From Candidatus Borkfalkia excrementigallinarum (lineage in GTDB: Bacteria > Bacillota > Clostridia > Christensenellales > Borkfalkiaceae), in the NCBI GenBank assembly GCA_019115885.1, contig DXCQ01000020.1, forward strand, positions 5,475-69,474: a stretch of DNA of 64,000 nucleotides, written 5' to 3'. The stretch's first letter is position 1; every line of letters starts with the position of its first letter. The translations under genes were made by a program, and so were the position numbers. Positions 19,418-28,942 of the stretch are shown piece after piece. The notes below the pieces were generated by a model. It worked only from the letters and a program-made list of their open reading frames with translations. It ran no database searches and was not told the origin of the DNA.

Positions 19418-21167
19418 CGGGGGCGCCGTCGCCACGAATAAAAAGGCGGCGTTCGTGCGCCTGATACGCTACTATCTGCTCTATAAATGGCACATGTTCG
19501 CCGCATTTGCGCTGATGGTGGGCAGCAACCTGTTCGCCCTGCTCGGCCCGTGGCTATCGGGCGCGGCGATCGACGCGATCGATCTGGAAACGGGCGTGGA
19601 TTTTGCCGCCGTGGGTATGTATTGCCTCTGGATGGCCGTGTTCTACGTCGTTTCCTCCGCGCTCTCCTATATCCTCTCGGTGCTGATGATCCGTTTGAGC
19701 CAAAGGATCGTGCGCGCCATGCGGCAAGACGTGTTCGATAAGATCCTCACCCTCTCCGTGGGGGATTTGGATCGGGTTGCGGCGGGGGATCTCATCAACC
19801 GCATCTCCTACGATATCGCCACCGTCAATGCCTCCCTTTCCAACGATATTTTGCAGGCGGCCACGGGCGTGATCACCGTGGTCGGGGCGTTCATCGGCAT
19901 GGTGCTCACCTCGCCCGCCTTGCTCGGCGTGTTCGCGGTCACCATCCCCATATCCGTGTTTATCACCGTCCGCCGCAGCCGTAAGGTTCGCCCGCTCTTT
20001 CGCAAGCGCTCGGCAAAGCTTGCCGAACTCAACGGCTTTTCGGAGGAGATGCTCTCCGGGTTAAAGACCATCCGCGCCTACGGCAGGGAGGAGGAGATCT
20101 GCGCCAAATTCGACGCGAAGAACACCGACGCGGCAGACGCCTATTACGCCGCCGATTATTACGGCAGCCTCATCGGCCCCTCCGTCAACTTCGTCAACAA
20201 TCTCGGCACGGTGCTCATCAGCACGGCGGGCTCCTTTTTCTACCTGTTTTCGCTCATATCGGTGGGGGAAATTTCCTCCTTTCTGCTCTATTCCCGCCGC
20301 TTTTCGGGGCCGATCAACGAGTACGCGAATATCATGGGCGAAATACAGTCTGCGCTGGCCGCGGCGGAGCGCGTGTTCCGCCTGCTCGATACGCCGCCCG
20401 AAACGCCGGACGTGCCCGATGCCGAAGTGCTGGCAAGTTTGCGGGGCGACGTGCGCTTTGAAAACGTGCGGTTTTCTTACGACGGCGAAAAAACGATTTT
20501 GAGCGGCCTTTCTTTCGAGGCGAAGGCGGGGCAGACGATCGCTATCGTCGGGCCGACGGGCGCGGGGAAAACGACGCTCGTCAATCTTTTGATGCGCTTT
20601 TACGATCCGCAGGGCGGGCGCATCGTTTTAGACGGAAAGGATATCCGCGGCTACACGCGCGCCAGCCTGCGCGCGGCGTTCACCATGGTGTTGCAGGATA
20701 CTTGGCTGTTCGAGGGCACGGTCTTTGAAAATATCGCCTACGGCAAGGAGGGCGCAACGCGCGAAGAGGTAGAACAGGCAGCGCGGGAGGCGAACATTGC
20801 CGATTTTATCGAAGGGCTTCCGCAAAAATACGACACGATGCTCACGGACGGCGGCGTCAATCTCTCCAAGGGGCAAAAACAGCTCGTAACGATCGCGCGC
20901 GCCATGCTTTCGCCCGCAAAACTGCTCATCCTCGACGAAGCTACCAGCAACGTGGATACGCGCACCGAATTGCTCATTCACGACGCGATGACGCGGCTCA
21001 TGCGCGGCAAAACCTGTTTCGTCATCGCCCATCGCCTTACGACCGTCAAGGGCGCCGATCTCATTTTAGTCGTGCGGGAAGGGGACATCGTGGAGAGCGG
21101 CCGCCACGGCGAATTGTTGGAGCGCCGCGGCTTTTATTCGGAAATTTACAACGCGCAGTTTGAATAA
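19398..21167 (+). CDS. ABC exporter TMD+NBD subunit (consensus site)
   Basis: GPTGAGKT, LSKGQKQL, ILDEATS, IAHRL; SD GGAGGTG, ATG 19398. Confidence 0.95.
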   Translation: MPMSARDGGAVATNKKAAFVRLIRYYLLYKWHMFAAFALMVGSNLFALLGPWLSGAAIDAIDLETGVDFAAVGMYCLWMAVFYVVSSALSYILSVLMIRLSQRIVRAMRQDVFDKILTLSVGDLDRVAAGDLINRISYDIATVNASLSNDILQAATGVITVVGAFIGMVLTSPALLGVFAVTIPISVFITVRRSRKVRPLFRKRSAKLAELNGFSEEMLSGLKTIRAYGREEEICAKFDAKNTDAADAYYAADYYGSLIGPSVNFVNNLGTVLISTAGSFFYLFSLISVGEISSFLLYSRRFSGPINEYANIMGEIQSALAAAERVFRLLDTPPETPDVPDAEVLASLRGDVRFENVRFSYDGEKTILSGLSFEAKAGQTIAIVGPTGAGKTTLVNLLMRFYDPQGGRIVLDGKDIRGYTRASLRAAFTMVLQDTWLFEGTVFENIAYGKEGATREEVEQAAREANIADFIEGLPQKYDTMLTDGGVNLSKGQKQLVTIARAMLSPAKLLILDEATSNVDTRTELLIHDAMTRLMRGKTCFVIAHRLTTVKGADLILVVREGDIVESGRHGELLERRGFYSEIYNAQFE

Positions 21168-21189
21168 ATTACGGCCAATTTTAGTGCAC

Positions 21190-21220
21190 GAAAGGCCGCC
21201 CGAAGTTCGGGCGGCCTTTC
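21190..21220 (+). terminator. Intrinsic terminator
   Basis: GAAAGGCCGCCCGAA / TTCGGGCGGCCTTTC. Confidence 0.8.
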
Positions 21221-21403
21221 TAAAAAAACCAAGAAATGTGTGAACGAATTTTGTATATTTATTCTATTATAATTTTTCAATATTGTCAATAAATATTCAC
21301 GTGATTTTCAAAATAATGGGGCAATTTTTTATAAAATTTCTGTCGGGGAACCGTCTTGTATCAAAGACAAGCACAAGCAATAGTTCTAATATTTGAATTT
21401 CTA

Positions 21404-21432
21404 TTGAAAATCTCTAAACAATGTGATATAAT
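21404..21432 (+). promoter_or_regulatory. Strong SigA promoter of the metallophosphoesterase gene
   Basis: TTGAAA-17-TATAAT with extended -10 TG. Confidence 0.7.
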
Positions 21433-21463
21433 TTAGCATAATATTTTGCAGAAAGGTGGGACT

Positions 21464-24457
21464 ATGGCTGACGAACTAACAATTCAAAATTCAGACGTGG
21501 TGAGTTTAGTTAAACGATTGAAAGACAGATCAATCGGATTTTATGATGTGCCTGATGAATACAAAAATCATCCTTTAATTGTAAAAGTAGAAAGAGAATT
21601 AAAGGTTAGAAAGTCGATACTGAAAGGGTATGATATAATACGAAATAATTTTTTTGTTGAAGAAGAAATTAGCGATTCCCGTTCTTTAATGAATAATATA
21701 CAAACGACTTGCTTTAACGATTTTTCTGCATATTATAATTTTTTACAGGGAGATATTTATAAAAATAGTTGTTATTATGGATATTGCTTTTCAGAGGAGG
21801 AAAGAAAAAAATATTCATTATCCTTGAAAAGATTAAATTTTGATGCTTTTATTAGAAATTCGATTGACGATTTTTCCCTTGATTTTTCTATAGAGGAACA
21901 AAAACAATATCAAGAGATAGAATTAAGGAAGAACGGCATTTTAGAAATGCTTGATAAAATCAATGCTTGTACGACTTATACAGAACTTAAAGAACAGGTG
22001 CAAAAAGCTTCAACTAATCCTATTGCTCAGGAATTTTTTCTGTCTTACTATATCGTTCATAATAAGGAAAAAGCATTTAATATTGCCATGGAATATATCA
22101 ATAATACGCACTCGTTTCTCCATGCAGAAAAAATGTGTTTGATATATGAGCCGCAAAAGGTTCTTGAAGCTTATAAATGTACTGGTTATACTCGGCAAAC
22201 AGCAAAAAAATATGAAAAACGTCTCAGACTGTTTGTGAACGCCTTAGAAAATGATACTTTAAAATCAAAATCAGCGGCATATTTTGATGAAAAAACTCAT
22301 TTATTTGTCTTCAGTACTGCTGTGGAATATGAGTTAGATTCAAAGTATAATCATGAAGTAAAGATACAAAGATATTTTAAGACATTTGAAGAATTAGCGG
22401 TATTCCTGGGGAACGATTTATCAGATTGTGATTTATCGCACGCTATTCTGCCAAATTTGGATATATCAAAATATAAAATTTCCGATAGAACAAAATTACC
22501 TGTTCAATTCCAAAATGATCTCCTTTACACATTAATAAAAGCATATGACAAGAAAGAAGATAAATTTATTGTTGAACAGAATTGGACGGATAAAGAAGGG
22601 TTCTCCTTTAAATATTATCACCATTCTTTTAAGTATTTCTTTGATTTTGTACATTTTCTAAAAGGCGATTTGCGTAATGCTGATTTACTGTTTTGCGAAG
22701 GTTTGGAAAATGTTCAAAATTTTTCAGAAATAAATTTACAAAATGCAAATCTTAGAAGTGAGATTTCAGATAACCTGGGTATAAAACATAAGATCTCGCC
22801 TGTTCCCTCTATTGAAATTTCCCCTTTGATTCAACAAAACGAAGAAGAATCGCAAAATGTTCTACTATTTGAACGAGAATCTTACAGTTTTGAAGAAAAT
22901 TTTGAATGCCAAAAAATATATTATATTTCTGACCTGCATTTCGTGCATAGGTTAAATAATGCACATTGCAAAAGCGAGACGGATATTATTTCTGAGATAC
23001 AAAAAGTGATCGATATGCTTTTAAGCAGGTTGAATACATTTAGTATTTTAAACATACATAAATTTGGAAAGAGAATTTTGTTGATTGGAGGAGACACCTC
23101 GTCGGATTTTGCGATTTTTCAGCAGTTCGTCAAGATGTTAAGAAAATCGCTTGATAATAAACAACTTGATTTAAATGTCGTTTTCACGCTTGGGAATCAT
23201 GAATTGTGGGCCTTTCCGCAATGTACACTCGGAGAAATTGTCGCAAAGTATCAGAAAGTGCTCAGTGAAAATGGCATGTTCCTTTTACAAAATAATATAA
23301 TTTATAAGTATAATTGGAATGATATCGGTGAAATAAGCACCGATGCACTGAAATCTATGTCCGCGCAAGAACTTCATCTTCGTCTGAACGAAGCAAGAAT
23401 AATCCTTTTTGGAGGAATAGCGTTTTCCGGATATAATGAAGAGTTTAATGCAAATTTGCTTATTTATAGAGATACGATAAACAGGCAACAGGAAATCGAG
23501 GAAACAAAAAATTTTGAAGCACTATATCGTAAAGTTTGCAATGATTTATCCGATAAAAGAGTAATTGTGTTTACGCATATGCCGCAAAGAGATTGGTGTT
23601 CTGACATAAAACAGCAAAAAGGTTTTGTTTATTTAAACGGTCATACACATAGAAATTATTTTTATGATGATGGAGACTATAGAATATATGCAGACAATCA
23701 AATAGGCTATAAATACAGAAATACGTACCTTAAATATTTTTATTTAGATGATGATTACGATATTTTTACCGATTACAAAGACGGAATATACGAAATAAGC
23801 AGAGAACAATATGTCAAATTTTATCGCGGGAAGAACATTGCAATAACATTTGACAGAGAATTTTATAAACTCTTTATGCTAAAGAAGAATGGATATTATA
23901 TGTTTGTTCTTCAAACTCAAAATGGAAAGTTAAGGATTTTAAACGGCGGAACAATAAAATGCTTAGAACGAAAAGATATAGATTATTATTTTGATAGAAT
24001 GGACGAGATTGTTTCTTATATTAAAAATCCTTTAGATGAATTCAGTACGTATCAAACACAAATTTCTAAAGCGATTAAAGCTTTAGGCGGAAGCGGAACA
24101 ATTCACGGATCAATCGTAGATATAGACTTCTTCAACCATTTATATATAAATCCAATAGATTTTACAATAACACCTTACTATGCGGTTGATATTGTAAGAA
24201 AAATAGTTTTTTCGGATACGCAAGAACTGTTAAAAAGTAATTGTCCTGTCCTTTATAAAAATTATTTAAAACAAACGGAAAATAAATCGCCTGTAATAAG
24301 CTGTTTACTGAAAAAAGGAAGAACAGATTCTAATATGCAACTTTATTTGGATACTGATATATATAAAGCATCGAGAGAAATTAAAAAAATGCAAAAATTA
24401 AAATCAAATATTTTAAGCATATGGATTGAGCCTACTATTAAAAAGCTCAATGAATAA
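21464..24457 (+). CDS. 997-aa calcineurin-like metallophosphoesterase with a repeated N-terminal region
   Basis: All five MPE motifs are present: ISDLH, GGD, GNHE, FTH, GHTH. SD AAAGGTGG, ATG 21464. Markedly AT-rich relative to its flanks. Confidence 0.85.
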   Translation: MADELTIQNSDVVSLVKRLKDRSIGFYDVPDEYKNHPLIVKVERELKVRKSILKGYDIIRNNFFVEEEISDSRSLMNNIQTTCFNDFSAYYNFLQGDIYKNSCYYGYCFSEEERKKYSLSLKRLNFDAFIRNSIDDFSLDFSIEEQKQYQEIELRKNGILEMLDKINACTTYTELKEQVQKASTNPIAQEFFLSYYIVHNKEKAFNIAMEYINNTHSFLHAEKMCLIYEPQKVLEAYKCTGYTRQTAKKYEKRLRLFVNALENDTLKSKSAAYFDEKTHLFVFSTAVEYELDSKYNHEVKIQRYFKTFEELAVFLGNDLSDCDLSHAILPNLDISKYKISDRTKLPVQFQNDLLYTLIKAYDKKEDKFIVEQNWTDKEGFSFKYYHHSFKYFFDFVHFLKGDLRNADLLFCEGLENVQNFSEINLQNANLRSEISDNLGIKHKISPVPSIEISPLIQQNEEESQNVLLFERESYSFEENFECQKIYYISDLHFVHRLNNAHCKSETDIISEIQKVIDMLLSRLNTFSILNIHKFGKRILLIGGDTSSDFAIFQQFVKMLRKSLDNKQLDLNVVFTLGNHELWAFPQCTLGEIVAKYQKVLSENGMFLLQNNIIYKYNWNDIGEISTDALKSMSAQELHLRLNEARIILFGGIAFSGYNEEFNANLLIYRDTINRQQEIEETKNFEALYRKVCNDLSDKRVIVFTHMPQRDWCSDIKQQKGFVYLNGHTHRNYFYDDGDYRIYADNQIGYKYRNTYLKYFYLDDDYDIFTDYKDGIYEISREQYVKFYRGKNIAITFDREFYKLFMLKKNGYYMFVLQTQNGKLRILNGGTIKCLERKDIDYYFDRMDEIVSYIKNPLDEFSTYQTQISKAIKALGGSGTIHGSIVDIDFFNHLYINPIDFTITPYYAVDIVRKIVFSDTQELLKSNCPVLYKNYLKQTENKSPVISCLLKKGRTDSNMQLYLDTDIYKASREIKKMQKLKSNILSIWIEPTIKKLNE

Positions 24458-24469
24458 ACAATGTTTTGA

Positions 24470-24507
24470 AAAAAGAACCTAAATCGAATTCGATTTAGGT
24501 TCTTTTT
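24470..24507. terminator. 38-bp perfect palindrome, bidirectional terminator
   Basis: AAAAAGAACCTAAATCGAA|TTCGATTTAGGTTCTTTTT between a convergent CDS and the tRNA locus. Confidence 0.75.
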
Positions 24508-24508
24508 A

Positions 24509-24527
24509 GCGCAGAGAGCGGGATTTG
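24509..24527 (-). repeat. 19-bp copy of the tRNA-Ser(GGA) 3' end (att-like)
   Basis: GCGCAGAGAGCGGGATTTG is identical to 24812-24830. Confidence 0.85.
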
Positions 24528-24809
24528 TAAGGAGCGGCGGATGCCGCGACGGAACAGCAATCGTTGCGTGGAAAGCCGATCGCGTCACGTTATTTCAATA
24601 ATATAGAGCTATAGAGCAGGTGTGTATGGTATAGCGGCATACGGCCGAAACCCCGTAGGGGTCCCCTCGGCTGAGCGTCGTGGGCGGTGCCCGCTCGCGT
24701 GAACCGACGCGCGTACAGGCAAGGCGGACGATACAAACCTCGTATCGCGCGTGGTTCAACCGTTTCCGCCGCACCAAAAAAGGACTGCCGGTTGGCAGTC
24801 CTTTTTTGG

Positions 24810-24900
24810 TGGCGCAGAGAGCGGGATTTGAACCCGCGGTACCCTTATGAAGTACACACGATTTCCAATCGTGCTCCTTAAGCCGCTCAGACATCTCTGC
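24810..24900 (-). tRNA. tRNA-Ser(GGA)
   Basis: Acceptor GCAGAGA/TCTCTGC-G-CCA; anticodon arm CACGA-TTGGAAA-TCGTG; long variable arm; GGTTCAAATCC. Confidence 0.97.
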
Positions 24901-24932
24901 AAAAAACCCAACTTAAAAAGTTGGGTCAAAAT

Positions 24933-25007
24933 TGGTAGCCCCACGGGGACTCGAACCCCGGTTTTCGCCGTGAGAGGGCGACGTCTTAACCGCTTGACCA
25001 TGAGGCC
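24933..25007 (-). tRNA. tRNA-Glu(CTC)
   Basis: GGCCTCATGGTCAAGCGG...TCGCC-CTCTCAC-GGCGA...GGTTCGAGTCCCCGTGGGGCTACCA. Confidence 0.97.
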
Positions 25008-25100
25008 GTAATCAAAATTGCTAAGTTATTATACCATAAAGTTTTGCATATGGCAAGCTGTTTTTACGCCAAAACAAAACTTTTTTTTGCAAAAAAAGAT

Positions 25101-25278
25101 CCGCCTGTGCCGCAGAACGAAAAAGTGTTAACCCGCTTCTCGCAGGTGGGTGCGCCGCCATGCCGCATCAGACTTTCCGTTCATAAACAGACCTTGCCTA
25201 TCGGCACAGACGATTTGCATAGCGCTCCCGTATTTCAAATGTGGATTAAGATAATTCGAACTCCGAACACCGCAGACC
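25101..25278 (-). ncRNA. ssrS: Probable 6S RNA
   Basis: The minus strand contains GCACCCACCTGCGAGAAGCGGGTTAACAC, resembling the Firmicute 6S 3' motif. The ends partly pair (GTCTGCGG / GCGGCACAGGC), length is about 180 nt, and it has its own promoter and a T tract. Confidence 0.65.
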
Positions 25279-25326
25279 GTATCCATGTCAGTATATGGGG
25301 CGGAACCCGCCCGTTGTCTACTATCT

Positions 25327-25354
25327 ATTATACAACGTTTTTTGAAAATAGCAA
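25327..25354 (-). promoter_or_regulatory. SigA promoter for the 6S RNA
   Basis: TTGCTA-16-TATAAT on the minus strand. Confidence 0.55.
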
Positions 25355-25505
25355 CCGAAAACCGCTAAAAAGCAATGTGAAATTTTTTCCATGCGCCTTT
25401 TGCTCGTTTTTCAAATACCGCGCCCGGTGATGGCAAAAAAGCGTGCGGCAATACCGATTTTACGATAAGGCTCCGCCGAAATTTCGGCGGAGCCTTGAAA
25501 AGCGC

Positions 25506-26360
25506 CTATTTTGCCGCTTTGTCGAGCTCTTTGAGGAAAGCGTACATTTGGCCTTCCGAATTCAGCCCGTAGCGCGCCTCCGTGCCGTCCGCTTTGGTTT
25601 GCTTGATGGAATTTTTAGTAAATTCCGCGGAGATGGCGACGGCCGTATCCGGATCGATGCCTCGCGCGAGCGCGCCGACCAGAGCGCTCACATACACGTC
25701 GCCTGCGCCGTGGAAGGCGCCTTCGATCTTTTCGGTCGAATACCGCTTTGTGTTTCCGCTCTTATCCGTATAATATACGGAGCAGACCGTCCGCTTTCCT
25801 TCCGCCGTTTCAACCGTTTCGTCGCAGCCGGTCACGGAAGGGCAGGGGCAGAGCTGTTTCAGTTTATCTAAAATTTTGCCGTAGCTGTGCTCGTCGGCGG
25901 AAGAATAATCGGTGCCCGTCAGATAGCACGCCTCCGTCAGGTTGGGCACGATGATGTCCGCCACGCGGCATAGGCCCTTCATCTGTTCGACGAAGTGCCC
26001 GTCGAAGTGCGCGTACAGCTTTCCGTTGTCGCCCATGACGGGATCGACGATCATCACGCCGCCCTCTTTGAGAAAATCGCGCTTGATGCTCTTGACCATA
26101 TCGATCTGCTCGATGCTGCCGAGGTATCCGCTCACGATAAAGTCGTATTTCAGGTTCAGGCTCTTCCAATGCGCGAGCATGGCGGGGATATCCTCGCTCA
26201 GGTCGCGGAAGGTATAGCCCGTAAACCCGCCCGTATGGGTGGAGAGGATTGCTGTGGGCAAAATATCGCAGGTAACGCCGGATGCCGAAATGATGGGCAG
26301 GGCGACCGTTAGAGAGCATTTTCCCACGCAGGAAATGTCGTTGACGGCCAAAACACGCAT
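25506..26360 (-). CDS. pdxK: Pyridoxal/pyridoxamine kinase (PfkB family)
   Basis: NDISCVGKCS, LSTHTGGF, SGYLGS, VDPVMGDNG, PNLTEA, HGAGD. Confidence 0.92.
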   Translation of the reverse strand: MRVLAVNDISCVGKCSLTVALPIISASGVTCDILPTAILSTHTGGFTGYTFRDLSEDIPAMLAHWKSLNLKYDFIVSGYLGSIEQIDMVKSIKRDFLKEGGVMIVDPVMGDNGKLYAHFDGHFVEQMKGLCRVADIIVPNLTEACYLTGTDYSSADEHSYGKILDKLKQLCPCPSVTGCDETVETAEGKRTVCSVYYTDKSGNTKRYSTEKIEGAFHGAGDVYVSALVGALARGIDPDTAVAISAEFTKNSIKQTKADGTEARYGLNSEGQMYAFLKELDKAAK

Positions 26361-26539
26361 GGAAGTTTCCTCCGAAAGTGATTATTCATAGATTATAGAC
26401 TTAAAAGTATTTTTTGTCAAACAGAATGAACAATGCGCGGGGAAAACGCGGCGGAAAATCTTTTTTATCCGAACGCTGCGGCGACGTGCGCGCCGAAACT
26501 TTACATTGCCGCGCGATTATGGTACAATAATACGTAACT

Positions 26540-27343
26540 ATGGCAGAACAGAAAAAGGGTATCACGCTGATCAGCGGGGCGACGGGCGGGCTCGGCCGCG
26601 CCTTTGTTATTGAATGCGCCAAGGAGGGCGTTCCTCTGTTTTTGACGGGGCGGAGCGAAGAAAAGCTCGCCGCCCTGCGCGCGGAGCTTTCCGAAAAATT
26701 CCCTGCGGTGCGCGCCGATTCTTTCGCCTGCGACCTCGCGGACGAAGGCAGCCGCGCGGCGCTGTTTTCCTATATCGTGCAAAAGGGGTATATCGTATCC
26801 CGCCTGTGCAACGTTGCGGGCGCGGATATTCAAAAGGCGTTCGAAAGATATACGCAGGAAAAAATTGTGTTTCAGTGCCGCGTCAATTTCGAGGCGGCGG
26901 TGTCGCTCGCGAAATTCGCCCTCGATAACCGCGCGGAAGGATTGGAGATCGTCACGGTTTCGAGCATATCGGGGGTGTACCCCATGCCGTACTTCGCGCT
27001 GTACAGCGCGACCAAAAAGGCGGCGACGCAGTTCTTTTCGGCTCTCCGCGAGGAGTGGCGGGGCAGGAACGTGCGGATAACGTCGGTCGAGCCGGGCGGC
27101 ATTTACACGCGCCCCGATATCGTGCAGAGCATCGAAGGGCAGGGATTGTGGGGCAAACTTTCCGCCAAATCGCCCGAATATGTGGCAAAAAAGAGCCTTT
27201 CCGCGGTCAGGCGGGGCAAGCGCCTGCTGCGCCCCGGCTTTTGGAATAAATTCATCGCGGTCGTGCCCAAAATTTTTCCGCTCGGCGTGCGCATGCGCTT
27301 TATCGCGCGGCGGTGGGGCAAGCTGGAAAAGGACGCGTTTTAA
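26540..27343 (+). CDS. Short-chain dehydrogenase/reductase
   Basis: SGATGGLG, NVAG, VSS, YSATK. Confidence 0.9.
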   Translation: MAEQKKGITLISGATGGLGRAFVIECAKEGVPLFLTGRSEEKLAALRAELSEKFPAVRADSFACDLADEGSRAALFSYIVQKGYIVSRLCNVAGADIQKAFERYTQEKIVFQCRVNFEAAVSLAKFALDNRAEGLEIVTVSSISGVYPMPYFALYSATKKAATQFFSALREEWRGRNVRITSVEPGGIYTRPDIVQSIEGQGLWGKLSAKSPEYVAKKSLSAVRRGKRLLRPGFWNKFIAVVPKIFPLGVRMRFIARRWGKLEKDAF

Positions 27344-27400
27344 GTTTTATGTTTAAAGGCGTGCGGCGTGCCGCGGCAAAAGATCGATACGGGAGGAAAT

Positions 27401-28888
27401 ATGAATAAATATATCGCAGCGATGGACCAGGGCACGACGAGCTCGCGCACCATCGTATTTGATGAGGACGGGAGCGTTGTCGCGAGCGCGCAGCAGGAAT
27501 TTAAACAGCAGTACCCCAAACCGGGTTGGGTGGAGCACGATTGCAGGGATATCCTTTCTTCGCAGCTGTACTCTTTCCGCGAGGCGCTGCGGCGCGGCGG
27601 TATACGCCCGGAGGAGATCGCTGCGCTGGGCATTGCCAACCAGCGGGAAACGGTCGTCGTATGGGATAAATTTACGGGCAAGCCGGTGTACAACGCCATC
27701 GTATGGCAGTGCCGCCGCACTTCTGAGTTCTGCGAGCACCTCAAATCCCGCCACGGTCGGGAGATATACGACAAAACAGGCCTAAATGTCGATGCGTATT
27801 TTTCGGCGTCGAAAATAAAATGGATTTTAGACAGCGTTCCGTTCGCGCGGCGGCGGGCGGAAAAGGGGGAGCTGCTGTTCGGCACGGTCGATTGTTATCT
27901 CATTTGGACGCTGACGGGCGGCAAGGTGCACGCCACCGATTACACGAACGCCTCGCGCACCATGCTCTTCAATATCCACACCCTGCGATGGGACGAAGAG
28001 CTGTGCTCGCTGTTTGGCGTTCCGATGTGTATGCTCCCCGAAGTAAAACCTTCGGGCGCGGATTACGGCGTGACAGACAGAGCGGTGCTCGGTGCGGAGA
28101 TCCCCGTCTGTGCGGCGGTGGGGGATCAGCAGGGCGCACTGTTCGGGCAGCTGTGCACGGAAGCGGGCGAGGTGAAAAACACCTACGGCACCGGCTGTTT
28201 CCTCCTGATGAATACGGGCAGGGAGGCGGTGCGCTCACAAAACGGGCTCATCACCACCCTTTCCGCGTCGCTCGGTCGTCCCGATTATGTATTGGAGGGG
28301 AGCGTGTTCGTCGGCGGTGCGGTCGTACAGTGGCTGCGCGACGGGCTGGGGCTTGTCGGCACGGCGGCGGAAACGGAGGCTTTGGCGCTGTCCGTACCCG
28401 ATACGGGCGGCGTGTGTTTCGTTCCCGCGTTCGTGGGGCTCGGCGCTCCGCATTGGGATTCGCAGTGCCGCGGCATGCTCTACGGCATCACGCGCGGCAC
28501 CACGCGCGCGCATATCGTCCGCGCCGCGCTCGAATCCATCGCCTTGCAGACCTTCGACGTTGTGCACGCGATGGAGCAGGATATGCGCGCCACGGTGGCG
28601 CGGCTGTGCGTGGACGGCGGCGCGAGCGCGAACGGATTTCTGATGCAGTTTCAGGCGGATATGCTGGGCGCGGAAGTCTGCCGCCCCGCCGTGATGGAAA
28701 CGACGGCGCTGGGCGCGGCGTACCTTGCGGGGCTGTATGCGGGCGTGTACGGCAGCATCGGGGAACTGCGCGAGCGGCGCGCGGGCATGACTTCGTTCCT
28801 CCCGCAGATGGACGATGCCGCGCGCGCGGAAAAACTTCTCGCGTGGGAGGAGGCGCTCGGCCGCGATATGTACAGGCCCCGCCCGTAA
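27401..28888 (+). CDS. glpK: Glycerol kinase
   Basis: DQGTTSSR, NQRET, VWQCRRT, DAYFSASK, TDYTNASRT, GDQQGALFG, KNTYGTGCF; SD GGAGG, ATG 27401. Confidence 0.96.
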   Translation: MNKYIAAMDQGTTSSRTIVFDEDGSVVASAQQEFKQQYPKPGWVEHDCRDILSSQLYSFREALRRGGIRPEEIAALGIANQRETVVVWDKFTGKPVYNAIVWQCRRTSEFCEHLKSRHGREIYDKTGLNVDAYFSASKIKWILDSVPFARRRAEKGELLFGTVDCYLIWTLTGGKVHATDYTNASRTMLFNIHTLRWDEELCSLFGVPMCMLPEVKPSGADYGVTDRAVLGAEIPVCAAVGDQQGALFGQLCTEAGEVKNTYGTGCFLLMNTGREAVRSQNGLITTLSASLGRPDYVLEGSVFVGGAVVQWLRDGLGLVGTAAETEALALSVPDTGGVCFVPAFVGLGAPHWDSQCRGMLYGITRGTTRAHIVRAALESIALQTFDVVHAMEQDMRATVARLCVDGGASANGFLMQFQADMLGAEVCRPAVMETTALGAAYLAGLYAGVYGSIGELRERRAGMTSFLPQMDDAARAEKLLAWEEALGRDMYRPRP

Positions 28889-28942
28889 AGTTCGGGCATA
28901 AAAAAATACGGCCCCTCGGCGGGCAAAAAGGAGAATTTAAAA

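Noticed and set aside
24595-25001. Small ORFs over the tRNA cluster (also 39929-40310)
   Set aside because: They are translations of tRNA genes
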